Of a stretch of DNA of 64,000 nucleotides, positions 9,080 to 19,578 are shown one piece after another. The DNA comes from an uncultured delta proteobacterium (GTDB lineage Bacteria; Desulfobacterota; Binatia; UBA9968). The stretch is from contig CAWFJP010000031.1 in NCBI GenBank assembly GCA_963816145.1, forward strand, positions 448,001-512,000, given 5' to 3'. The translations under genes and the position numbers were made by a program. The number at the start of each line of letters is the position of its first letter. Positions within the stretch are counted from its first letter, which is position 1. Below the pieces are notes generated by a model. It had not been told where the DNA came from. It worked only from the letters and a program-made list of their open reading frames with translations, and ran no database searches.

Positions 9080-9487
9080 ATGGCGCAGGACAAAATAATC
9101 ACGCAATATGCGCGGATGTGGCCGCGAGAGCTCTTTCAACAGCCGAAACGGTCACCCGAAACGCTCGAAGTCCGGAAGCATCTCGATCAACCAGGTGTGT
9201 ACGTTCTGTACCGCGATGAACACCCCTACTATGTGGGACGGACGGATAAACGCCTGTTTAGCCGAATCTGGAATCACGCGAATCGGCCACAGTGGAGCCA
9301 CTTCAACTTCTGGAATTACGCTTCCGCTTTCGTTGTTCCGAATCCGCGACATGTGGGACAAATCGAGGGTTTACTGATCACAACAATGACCACGGCGAAC
9401 AAGGCTACCCCGAAGATCCAACGCATCCCGTATCCCCTAAAGGTGTGGAAGACAATTCACAAAGGTCAAAAAAATAGTCTCCCTTGA
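9080..9487 (+). CDS. GIY-YIG nuclease family protein
   Basis: PGVYVLY...YYVGRT...LFSRIWNH...IE...N; AGGAGG RBS. Confidence 0.85.
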   Translation: MAQDKIITQYARMWPRELFQQPKRSPETLEVRKHLDQPGVYVLYRDEHPYYVGRTDKRLFSRIWNHANRPQWSHFNFWNYASAFVVPNPRHVGQIEGLLITTMTTANKATPKIQRIPYPLKVWKTIHKGQKNSLP

Positions 9488-9504
9488 AGATAGAGAGCAG
9501 AGGA

Positions 9505-9768
9505 TTATGCCTCCGCGTTTGCCGCCTTCGCCTTGCGCCCGCGCTTCGCCTTAGCTTTTTTGCTCGCCGTCTCGCCGAACGTTTGACCACCGATTTTAAC
9601 CAGTCGTTTTCGTGCGGCAGCCCGAAGCATCAATCCAGCAACCATTCCAAATCTTCCCGTGGCGCCGTGACGTTCCATGTCCACCTTCGGCACCGCGCAA
9701 TCGTTGACTTTCAAGCAAGCTGTCAAGCGGTCCACGTCGAGACCGTCCAGCATACGGAAGCATAACAC
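9505..9768 (-). CDS. hypothetical protein with a basic tail (possible remnant)
   Basis: 87-aa ORF with K/R-rich C-terminus; no family recognised. Confidence 0.3.
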   Translation of the reverse strand: MLCFRMLDGLDVDRLTACLKVNDCAVPKVDMERHGATGRFGMVAGLMLRAAARKRLVKIGGQTFGETASKKAKAKRGRKAKAANAEA

Positions 9769-9815
9769 CGCAGTCCTCTTGATCTTACTCTTGCCTGTTG
9801 CCTAATGCCTGCTGC

Positions 9816-12133
9816 CTAGTTCCTCCCCTCCGCCTTGCGGATCAGCTCCCACAGCTTGGGCGCGGTGTAGGGCATGTCGACATGATCGATGCCGAGGGGT
9901 TTGAGCGCGTCCATAAGCGCGTTGGCCACCGACGGCGGCGCGCCGTTGGTGCCGCATTCGCCGACGCCTTTGACCCCCAAGGGATTGAACGGATTGGGCG
10001 TGATGGTTTCACCGAGGATCATCGGCGGCATATCGCCGGCGCGCATGATGGCGTAGTTCATGAACGTGCCGGTTTCCACTTGTCCATCGGCACTGTAGAG
10101 CATCTGTTCGCGCATCGCTTCGCCCAGACCTTGGGCGACGCCGCCGTGGATCTGCCCTTCGACGATCATCGGGTTGATGACGACGCCGCAGTCGTCGACC
10201 ATGATCAGTTTTTCCAAGTTGAACTTACCGGTGTCGCGGTCGATGCTGACCAGCGAGATGTGGGTGCCGAAGCCCCAAGCTTCGCGTTTGGGATCGAAGA
10301 ATGAGGTTTCCTGCAGGCCGATCTCCATGCCTGTCGGCACGCGGCCACCGTAGGCGGCGGCGGCGACTTGGCGCCAGCTGATTTTCTTCTCGGGCACGCC
10401 CTTGACGGTGAAGCCACCGTTGGTCTGAACAATGTCCTCCGGTGCTGCTTCGACCAGGAAGGCGGCGATGCGTTTGCCTTTGTCGATGACGCGCTCGGTT
10501 GCAGTGGCGAGCGCGCCGCCGCCGACCACGGCGCTGCGGCTGCCGAAGGTGCCGGTGCCTTGCTGGCTCACATGGGTGTCGCCGTGCAGCACGGTGACGT
10601 GATCCATGCTGGTCTGCATTAGATCTCAGCGGCGATCTGCGCCCAGGAGGTTTCATGGCCTTGTCCGTGGGAGCTCGACCCGGTGAGCACGGTGATCTCG
10701 CCGGTGCGCTCGACGCGCACGCTGCCGCTTTCAAAACCGGCGCCGCCGCTCGGTTCGACGAAGGTGGAAAAGCCGACGCCGACCAGCTCGCCGTTTTTGC
10801 GCCGGGCATCGCGCTGGCGCAACAGCTCTTCGTAGTTGGATAGTTTCAATGCCTCGCGCAGGGGCTTCTCGTAATCGCCGGAATCGTATTCGACGCCGGT
10901 GCCGGTGGTGTAGGGGAATTGCTCGGGCCGAATGAAATTCTTCCGGCGGATTTCCAGGCGGTCCATGCCAAGCACGTCCGCGGCTTTGTCGAGCAGCCGC
11001 TCGATGTTCAACACCGACTCGGGCCGGCCGGCGCCGCGATAGGGACCGGTGGGGCAAGTGTTGGTGAACACGCTGACGATCTCGACGCGGCAGTCTTTGA
11101 TCTGATAGCTGCCGCAGGCCATGCCCATCATGCGTTGCGGCGGTCCGGCGGTGCTCGAGTGCAGATAGGCGCCAAGGTTGGCGACGACTTTTACTTTCAA
11201 TCCTAAAATCTTGCCATCTTTTCTGAGCGCCATCTCGGAAGTCATTGCCTGATCGCGGCCTTGGATCGTCGTCAAAAAATCTTCGCTGCGAGTGGCGATC
11301 CATTTGACCGGCTTGCGCAGTTTGAGCGCGAGATGGCAGGCGACGATATCTTCACGGTAGACTGGACCTTTGCTGCCGAAGCCGCCGCCGACATCGGGAG
11401 CGATCAAATGAATTCTATGCTCGGGAAAACCGGTCACACCGGCGATCTCGGCGCGAGCGCGGTGCGGTCCTTGGGTCGACAGCCAAACGGTCAGGTTTTT
11501 GCCAAATGGATCGGGGCTGGCGACGATGCCGCGCGGTTCCATAGCCAGCGCCACCTGGCGCGGACTGGCGATATGCATGGTGAAGACATGGTCCGCGGCG
11601 GCAAACGCTTTGTCGACATCGCCGCCGTTTTTGGTCAACGTGTAACAGATGTTGCTGTCGAGATCCTGATGCGCCAGCGGTGCGCCGGGTTTGAGCGCGT
11701 CTTCGGCGTTGGACACGCCGGGCAAGGCATCGTATTCGACGACGATTTCATGCGCGGCGTCTTCGGCCTGCGCGCGCGTCTTGGCGACCACGGCCGCCAC
11801 CGGCACGCCGACACAGTGCACCGCGCCGCGGGCGAGCACGGGATGCGCGGGAATTTTCATGTTCGGCAGCACCTGCGACGGCGCGAGATTCAACTTCGCA
11901 TCGAGATCGTTGCCGGTGACGACCAGTTCGACGCCAGCCATGGTTTTGGCCTTGCTAGTGTCGATGGAAATTATCTTGGCGTGCGGGTAAGGACTGCGTT
12001 GAAATGCCAGATAAAGCATCCCCGGCAGATGAATATCGTCGGTGTAGCAGCCCTTGCCGGTGATCAGCGGCGGATCTTCGACCCGTTTGGGCGAAGCGCC
12101 TATGAGTCCGGTTACTTCATGTTCGGTTGCCAT
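9816..12133 (-). CDS. xanthine dehydrogenase family molybdopterin subunit (form II CoxL-like), interrupted at ~10620
   Basis: RVEDP.LITG, VGGGFGSK, PYRGAGRPE, HGQGHET, GTFGSRS, GQIHGGVAQG and GVKGVGE motifs; TAATG stop/start at 10617-10621 falls inside conserved AQIAAE..VTVLHGDT. Confidence 0.9.
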
Positions 12134-12151
12134 TTAATTTCTCCCTCTTAC

Positions 12152-12231
12152 TTCCTCTCCCTCTGGGAGAGGATTGAGGTGAGGGCATTTATCACCCCTC
12201 ACCCTAGCCCTCGTCCCCATGGGGAGAGGGG
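12152..12231. repeat. REP-like palindrome (CCCTCACCCTAGCCCTC..GGGGAGAGGG)
   Basis: Paired inverted blocks between the medium- and large-subunit genes. Confidence 0.75.
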
Positions 12232-12240
12232 ATAGAAACT

Positions 12241-13112
12241 CTACCGTCTTGCCGCGCGTTCCACTGCGGCTTCGATCGCCTTACGCGCGTAAACGGTCGC
12301 GACATGGCGTTTGTACTCGGCGCCGGCGTAGGAATCTTCCACCGGGTCGGTTTCTTCGGCGGCTTTGGCTGCCGCCGCCGCGATCGTCTGCGTCGTCAGC
12401 GGCTTGCCTTGCAGCTCCAATTCCGTCGCGATGGCGCGGATCGGGCCGCTGCCCAAGCCGCCGATGGCCACACGTGAGGCCGTGCAGGTGCCGGATGCTT
12501 GGCGCGTGATCACCGCCGCCGCGCTGACGACGACATAGCCGGAGGCCGGGTGCGGCAGCTTGGCGTACGCCGTGCCGGTGCCGGCAGCCGGGATCGGCAC
12601 GCGAATTTCGACGAGAATTTCATTGGCGTTTAACGCGGTGGTGTAAAAATCGGTGAAAAAATCGTCGACAGCGATCGTCCGTTTGCCCGATACGGATTGA
12701 GCGACAAGACTGGCATTGAGCGCCGTCAGAACGACCGGCAAATCCGCCGCCGGGTCGGCGTGGGCGACGCTGCCGCCGATGGTGCCGCGATTGCGCACCT
12801 GCACGTCGCCGATCACCGCCGCGGCATCGGCCAAGGCGGGAACATGCTTGCGGACCAGCTCGGACGAAGCGATATCGGCATGTACTGTCAGCGCGCCGAT
12901 AACCAGGCTGTTGCCGTCCATGCTTATGCCGCGTAGGCCAGGCACGGTGCCGAGATCGATCAAGGTTTGCGGCGATTGCAACCTGAGCTTCATCGCCGGA
13001 ATCAAGCTATGGCCGCCGGCGAGCAGTTTACCGTCCTCGCCGTGCTGGCCATCAGTTGCAAAGCTTCTTCGACCGAACGGGCCGCGACATAGCCGAAATT
13101 AGCGGGAAACAT
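12241..13112 (-). CDS. molybdo-hydroxylase FAD-binding (CoxM-like) subunit, frameshift at ~13047
   Basis: MFPANFGYVAARSVEEALQLM from ATG 13112 joins QHGEDGKLLAGGHSLIP in the next frame; QVRNRGTIGG and DPAAD motifs. Confidence 0.9.
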
Positions 13113-13131
13113 GGGAGCCTCCCTTCGGGAG

Positions 13132-13162
13132 CAGGCATGAGGCATGAGGCATGAGGCTTGAG
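13132..13162. repeat. heptamer tandem repeat (AGGCATG)x4
   Basis: aggcatgaggcatgaggcatgaggcttgag. Confidence 0.8.
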
Positions 13163-13184
13163 TTCGGATTGTCGAAAAATTTCA

Positions 13185-13685
<501 letters not shown>

Positions 13686-13961
13686 GCTTGTCTACCCTCC
13701 GTTGGTATGTTGGTGAACTGATTCCTAACCAGGCTCTGCAAGCAGAGAAATTCAGTCTGGCCAGTCATATAACGAGAACGGCGTCGGCTCAAGAGAGGGC
13801 GCCGGCAATTCGCAAGTTAATCCCGCCTATAAAACCGATATATACAGCTGGCCGATTGCTTTGGATTCAGGTTAGTATTGTGACAAAGTTCCACTTGGAG
13901 AAAATTTGTGAAACTCGTCGATCGTTAATATGGAAACTCTGCGAATGCAGCAAAACTTCCA

Positions 13962-14963
13962 ATGCTAAAACATATCGCCAGCGCGGTGTTAGTACTGCTC
14001 TTCTCAAGTTACGCCGCAGCGGCGCCTGCCTTGCAAAAGGCCAACTTTGCGCATGCGACGCTTTCGGCGCGCTTGGCGCCGCTTTGGCTGGCGCAGGAGC
14101 AGGGCATCTTTGCCAAGTACGGCATCGGCGCGGAAGTTATATTGGTGCGCAGCGGAGCGGCATTGATTGCCGGGATCGCATCCGGCGACATTCAAATGGG
14201 TTCGATCGGCGCCGGCACAGCGTTGGGCGCGGCGGCGAGCGGCGCCGACATCGCGATTGTCGCCAACTTCGCTAGCCGCGCGTCGGTGGAATTGGTCGCG
14301 CGACCGGGGATCAAGAGCGCCGAGGATTTGAAGGGCAAACGCTTCGGCATTCAAAGTTTTGGCGGCACCCTGTGGTTGTACACCATGATGGCGCTGGACC
14401 ATCTGGGTTTGGAGCCGGCACGGGACAAAATTCAGCTTCAAGTGGTCGGCGATGTCTCGGTGTTGGCGCGCGCGCTCGAGAGCGGCACCATCGACGCTGC
14501 GACGCTGAGTTCCGCGGCTTATAGCCGGCCGTTGCGCGAGAAGGGATTTTCGATTTTGGCCGATCTCAAGCTGCCGATCGCCGGGCAGACGATCATTGTG
14601 CGCAAGGCGCTGGCGCGCCAAGCGCCTGAACTGATTGACGGCTTGCTCAGAGCCCAGATCGAAGGGGTGGCATTTGCCGTTAGCCCGCGCAACAAGGCGG
14701 TGGTTTATGACACCATGCGCCGGCGCTTGCGAATCACTAATCCGACGGGTTTGGAGGAAAGTTATTCAGACATGATGGCCGAAGTGGATCGCAAGCCCTA
14801 TCCTTCCACCGAGGGCTTGGCAAACATCCAACGCTTTATGAAGGCGGTCAGTCCGAAGCTGGCGGAGCTCAAAATTGACGACGTGGCGGATCGCAGCTGG
14901 GTGCGCCGGCTCGATGAAAGCGGATTTATCGACCGCGTTTACGCGGCGCAGGGGGTGAAATAG
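13962..14963 (+). CDS. ABC transporter substrate-binding protein (SsuA/NMT1 type)
   Basis: Signal peptide; PLWLAQEQGIFAKYG; DLKGKRFGI; LDESGFIDRVY tail. Confidence 0.9.
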   Translation: MLKHIASAVLVLLFSSYAAAAPALQKANFAHATLSARLAPLWLAQEQGIFAKYGIGAEVILVRSGAALIAGIASGDIQMGSIGAGTALGAAASGADIAIVANFASRASVELVARPGIKSAEDLKGKRFGIQSFGGTLWLYTMMALDHLGLEPARDKIQLQVVGDVSVLARALESGTIDAATLSSAAYSRPLREKGFSILADLKLPIAGQTIIVRKALARQAPELIDGLLRAQIEGVAFAVSPRNKAVVYDTMRRRLRITNPTGLEESYSDMMAEVDRKPYPSTEGLANIQRFMKAVSPKLAELKIDDVADRSWVRRLDESGFIDRVYAAQGVK

Positions 14964-14999
14964 TTGCGATTGCCGCAGCGAAAGGGGATCGGAATGATT

Positions 15000-15126
15000 C
15001 ACCACAGAGACCACAGAGCCACAGAGATCACAGAGGTCAAGACTCGGATTCGGAATATTTAACCGCAAAGAGCGCAAAGAACGCAAAAAAAAATTGAAAT
15101 GTAGGGGCGGGTTTCAAACCCGCCCT
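15000..15126. repeat. cluster of 9-mer arrays and a GTAG-type REP
   Basis: (CACAGAGnn)x4, (CGCAAAGnn)x3 and gtaggggcgggtttcaaacccgccc. Confidence 0.75.
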
Positions 15127-15132
15127 CTTCGA

Positions 15133-16416
15133 TTATTGTTTCTCGTTCGACTGCAAAGCGTCGAGCGCCTGCTGGACCAGTTTTCTACGCAGTTCTTTTT
15201 CATCCTTCAGCGGCAGCTTGGCGTCGCCAGTGACATGGACGATGCCGGTGCCTAAGACGACGCGGTTAGAGCCGACCATTTTGGCGATCGGTCGCGCCGA
15301 GGTAATTTGCACCACTGGGATGCCGGCTTTTTCAAGTTCGGTGGTGATCGCAGCGCCGCTGCGAGTGCTGGTGCCTCACGTGGACGTGAGAATCACCGCG
15401 TCGACGCCGTCACGTTTGATCTTCTGGGCCATTTCCCGGCCCAAACGGCGCGTGTTTGACAGCGGATTGGAGCGGCCGCAGGTGGAGAGAAACTCCTCGT
15501 GCAGTTTGCCGATCACGCCGCTTTTTTCCAGCTCGCGCAGGGCGTCGAGGGGCACCAAGCGGTCGGGATCGTCCTGGACAAACCTGGTGTCGTAACCGCC
15601 GTGCGAGACTTCATAGTCTTCACTGCGTAGATCGTCGCTGCCTTCGATGTTGTATGCGCCCCAGCGAGTCGCGGCGGTGCCTTCGATCTTGTCGGGATTG
15701 CCCTTGGGCACCAAGCCGCCGTCGGTGATGATCATCAGCTTGGCTTTCGATAGGTCTTTGATCGCGGCGGGCAACGGCACCGGCGCGAATGCGGTAGGCA
15801 GCATTTCCGATTCGAACTTTTCGCCTTTCAATTTGGCGACGAGCATGTCGACCATACGTGTGGCGGCGGTCTTTTCGACCAGCTGGTCGCGCAACAAGCC
15901 ACGGCTGATATAGCCTTCCAGAGCGGGCAATCCGATGGGTTGCTTGGCCACTAGTTTCTTGCCGAGTTTCGCCATGGTCGCGACGATATCGCGCATCTTG
16001 CTGATGTTGGTTCCCGAGTCGACGATGTGGAGCGTTTCGCGGTACAGATCGACGCCGGGATTTTCCACGTGCATCGCCGTGATTGCCGGAATAGCCAACT
16101 CGGACTGGATGGCCGTGCAGATCGCCCCGGCAGCCATGCCATAGCGTCCGGCATCGAAACAGGGACCGGCCGCAAAGAGATCGGCACCGATGATCCGCAC
16201 TTTATCGAGAACAGCCGCGATGACTTCGTCTTGATGTTCGACGGCGTAATTATCGCCGCAGACTATGCTCAGTGTTACAATCGCTTCATCGCCCATGAGC
16301 TGTTCGAATAGTTTTGCCGGCCCGAGCGCGCCGTCGCGAAATTCCACTGGCGCGCCGGCATGTTCTTCCGCGCCGATGCCGCCGAAAAATTGATTGACGT
16401 AGTAGACGATCTTCAT
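15133..16416 (-). CDS. grdB: glycine/sarcosine/betaine reductase selenoprotein B family (Sec at TGA 15378-15376)
   Basis: YVNQFFGGIG, CGDNY, GPCFDAGRYG, TDGGLVPKGNPD, HGGYD, DPDRLVPLD and VDAVILTST-U-GTSTRSGA..ELEKAGIPVV..VGSNRVV; homology continues in frame past the UGA, giving 427 aa; SECIS-like hairpin follows; substrate unknown. Confidence 0.9.
15348..15364 (-). promoter_or_regulatory. bacterial SECIS-like hairpin
   Basis: UGA + 11 nt + UCGCAGC-GGC-GCUGCGA (7-bp stem, G-led loop). Confidence 0.75.
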
Positions 16417-16426
16417 GATTAGCTCC

Positions 16427-16515
16427 TAGGCAATAGGCAATAGGCACTAGGCAACAGTAAGAACGGATTTTTCGGAGCTCTTACTATTGCCTGTTGCCTC
16501 ATGCCTATTGCCTTC
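16427..16515. repeat. heptamer (TAGGCAA/TTGCCTA) inverted-repeat element
   Basis: taggcaataggcaataggcactaggcaa ... ttgcctgttgcctcatgcctattgcc; a related arm lies at 9791-9819. Confidence 0.8.
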
Positions 16516-16516
16516 T

Positions 16517-17794
16517 TCAATACACTAACGATCTCATCCTCGACGCGCCCTGTTGGTTGGTGACGCCGATGATGTTGTTGGCGTCGATGCTCATGGGTCC
16601 GACCAGCAGCTCGGCCAATTCCGGTTTCGCGGCAATCACCCGGGCGGCTTTTGGAATTTGATATTGCGTGCCGTTGCCGCCGTTGTAGACGATGGCGTTG
16701 ACTTCCGGGACGTTGAACAAGAGAGCCGACTCGACCCGGCGATCGCGCGATACGTCGGAGACCATCACCGCGGTTTTGATGCCGGATTGTTCCAACAGGC
16801 GCGCGGTTTCCGACAGGTCCGCGTGGGGCAGGCCGCCGCCGTACTTGGTCATCACGGCCCCGTCGGCGCGCAGCGTCCACTTAACCAGGTTTGCCGCGGC
16901 GTGGCACTGCCGTTCGCGGTCGACGTTGTCGTTGCCGGCGACGGTGCCGACGGTGCCGACAAAATTTATCTCGCGCGCTTGATGGCGTCGGTAGAGATCG
17001 AGGATCACCGGATGATTTTGATAAAAATAGGTCTCGGTGCCGCCAAACCAGGAATTGAGCGACGGCACCAGGGCGCCGTCGAGCCACTCGTCGGGATGCA
17101 ATATCACCGGCAACATGCCGTCGGTATTCGTGCCATAAAGAATCGGCTCGTCGACCGCCGGCTTGCGCTGGCGCGAAAAAATCTGGCCGATATAGACCAC
17201 GCGGGACAATCCTTCGCGGCTCGCGTCATTGGCGCCGATGGGCTCGAAGGTTTGTCTGGACGCGGGTTTTTGGTTTAGCGCTACACGGGCGAGATGCACA
17301 GCAACTTTGACACCGGCGACGCGATACGCTTTCAACACCGCCGAGCGCGGCAACCCCGGCTTGGTCTGCGGGACAATCAACAGGTGGCGTAGTTTCGAAT
17401 AAGCGCTGCCGGCAGTAGCATTGCCATTCATCTCCAACACGCGTCCAGTAGCGCTGCGCGATGGGTCGGGGCTCATTTCGGCGAGGACCGAAACCGCGGC
17501 GCCGGCAAGCACATGGGTTGTGCCCATCCCTGCGGTGGTCGGCGGCCCGATGATGCCCGGAAAGTCGCTGCCGCCGTCGGCTTTGGCGCGCGGTTCGACG
17601 ACATCGAATATCGGTCCGGCGCGGCAGCTCTCGCCCGGGCGAACGATCTCGAAAGCGACATTTTCAATCGCTTCATCTTGCAGCACCAAACTGCAAAGCG
17701 CTTCGCGATCGACTGTGAGCGCGCTGCCGTCGAGCGCGAGCCGCGCGCCGAATTGAATGTCGGTGATTAAATGGCTGGCGAGCGTGAGTTGCAT
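16517..17794 (-). CDS. glycine/sarcosine/betaine reductase component B proprotein (GrdE-like)
   Basis: IVRPGESCR..DVVEPRAK..FPG..G.GTTHVL, P.ILHPDEWLDGALV, TY.YQNHPVILDLY.RH..EINFVG; directly upstream of the grdB-like gene. Confidence 0.85.
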   Translation of the reverse strand: MQLTLASHLITDIQFGARLALDGSALTVDREALCSLVLQDEAIENVAFEIVRPGESCRAGPIFDVVEPRAKADGGSDFPGIIGPPTTAGMGTTHVLAGAAVSVLAEMSPDPSRSATGRVLEMNGNATAGSAYSKLRHLLIVPQTKPGLPRSAVLKAYRVAGVKVAVHLARVALNQKPASRQTFEPIGANDASREGLSRVVYIGQIFSRQRKPAVDEPILYGTNTDGMLPVILHPDEWLDGALVPSLNSWFGGTETYFYQNHPVILDLYRRHQAREINFVGTVGTVAGNDNVDRERQCHAAANLVKWTLRADGAVMTKYGGGLPHADLSETARLLEQSGIKTAVMVSDVSRDRRVESALLFNVPEVNAIVYNGGNGTQYQIPKAARVIAAKPELAELLVGPMSIDANNIIGVTNQQGASRMRSLVY

Positions 17795-17852
17795 AAGATA
17801 TCTACCTCAGGGCACTCTAATTCCGCACGAAGGACATTGTCAACGTAATGGT

Positions 17853-17945
17853 TCCTTCCCCCGTTTCGGGGGAAGGCAAGGATGGGGGGAGTAACGGCTG
17901 AAATGCATGCCCCCACCTTCATCCTCCCCCGAGACGGGGGAGGAA
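17853..17945. repeat. REP-like palindrome family
   Basis: ttccttcccccgtttcgggggaagg..cccccaccttcatcctcccccgagacgggggagg. Confidence 0.75.
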
Positions 17946-18012
17946 ATAAGAAGTAAATGTACGTCTTCGATCACGACTTGTAGCTGTTACAAATTCCGTT
18001 CACAATCGCGCC

Positions 18013-19505
18013 ATGATCCGTTTCTCGCCGCTACCAAACAACGCCCACATTATCCCCTGGCGGGAATGGGGCGACGAGGCGTTTTCTGCGCCCGCGCCGA
18101 GGATAGACCGGTGATGCTATTCTTAGGCGCGTTTTGGTGCCGGTACTGTCAGCGCATGGATGAGCAAGCCTTCTCCGACACCGAAGTGATCGCCCTGCTC
18201 AACGCCTACTTTGTTCCGCTGCGGGTCGATTATATGCAGCGTCCTGACGTGGACGCGCGTTACAACTTGAACGGCTGGCCGACCATCGCGTTTATGGCGC
18301 CCAACGGGCAGTTGCTCGGCGCCGTCAATTATTTGCCGGCCGATCAGTTCAAGGAATTGCTCATTGACGTTTACATGAGCTACGAGCAGCGCAAAGAAGA
18401 GCTTCGCGCGGCGGCGCAAAACGCGGACGAGTCATCGGCGCAGCCAGTGCGACAGCTGGATGAGTCGCAGCTGGCAGCGAATCTGACGCAGATCACCGAG
18501 GCGATCATGGCGCTGGCGGACCGGACCCACGGCGGTTACGACCCCGGTCAGAAATTCATCCATCCCCAGGTTAACGATTTTTTGCTCGAACGTTATCAAG
18601 CGACCAACGACCGGCAATATCTCGATCAGGTGTGTCTGACGCTTGAGCGCATGCGCGCCGGGGAGCTTTACGATCATGAAGGCGGCGCCTACTTTCGCAC
18701 CTCGTCCAATCCGGACTGGAGCCATCCGCACCGGGAAAAATTGTTGTTGGAAGAGGCCGGGCTACTGGCCAATTGCCTGGCAGTATTTCGCTTGACTCAG
18801 CGGGCCGATTACCGGCGCATGGCCGAGGAGATAATTGAGTACCTGGATGCCAAACTCTACGATACCGCCGTCGGAGTGTTCCATGGTTGCGAAGATTGGC
18901 TGCGCCATGAACCGCCGATTCCCGGCGGCGATGAATTTTTCACGATCATCGACCGCTGCATTTACACTGACGCCAATGCGGTTGCCAGCGCCGCGTATCT
19001 CGATGCCGCGGTGTTACTAGACAAGCCGCAGTATGGCGAACGAGCGCTCGCCATGCTGGAGTTTCTCTGGCAGAACTGCCACAGCGACAGCTTGGGGATG
19101 TTTCACTATTTTGACGGCGCGGCGCATGTGGCGGGGTTGCTGCAGGATCAAGCGCAGGTGGGTATCGCGCTGTTGCGAGCGTACGAAGTCACCGGACGCG
19201 CAGTTTGTTTGGATCGGGCGCGGCAGTTGGCTGAATTCATCTTGACGGAGTTAAGCAGTCCCGCCGGCGGCTTCCACGACATACGCGCACAGGATTCAGC
19301 GGTGCTCAGGCTTCGTTTGACTTTGATCGAACAGAACGGCGCCGCGGCGAGTTTCTTTCTGGCTTTGGTCCAGGCGGCGAATGATGCCAAGTATCGCGCC
19401 GCCGCGCGCCACGCGTTCAGTGCAGTCTTCGGTGAATTTGCCCAGTACGGCGTCCATGCGGCGCCCTTCGGCCGGGCGCTGGCGGTTTACCTTAAATTGG
19501 GGTGA
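18013..19505 (+). CDS. DUF255/thioredoxin-domain protein (YyaL/SPATA20-like), frameshift at ~18085
   Basis: MIRFSPLPNNAHIIPWREWGDEAFS in one frame joins ARAEDRPVMLFLGAFWCRYC; GWPT, D..GG.FR, W.HPH.EKLL and YTDAN motifs. Confidence 0.85.
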
Positions 19506-19573
19506 TGGAGTAATGGATTAGTGGTGGAACTGTTCAACCCACCATTCCAACACTCCACTACTCCATCATTCCA
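19504..19573. repeat. octamer (TGGAGTAA/ACTCCA) inverted-repeat element between convergent genes
   Basis: atggagtaatggattagtgg ... ccattccaacactccactactccatcattcca. Confidence 0.7.
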
Positions 19574-19578
19574 GTCTC

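Noticed and set aside
10617-10621. Stop-codon recoding in the large molybdoenzyme subunit
   Set aside because: The stop is TAA and the continuation is in a different frame, so this is a frameshift rather than Sec/Pyl read-through
15000-15090. Short tandem arrays as a CRISPR array
   Set aside because: Units are 7-9 bp with no unique spacers, and there are no cas genes
15133-15315. Separate 60-aa gene in the ORF track
   Set aside because: It is the post-UGA C-terminus of the GrdB-like selenoprotein
17907-18012. ORF-track N-terminus of the DUF255 protein (MPPPSSSPETGEE..)
   Set aside because: It is translated REP sequence; the family-like N-terminus starts at 18013 in another frame
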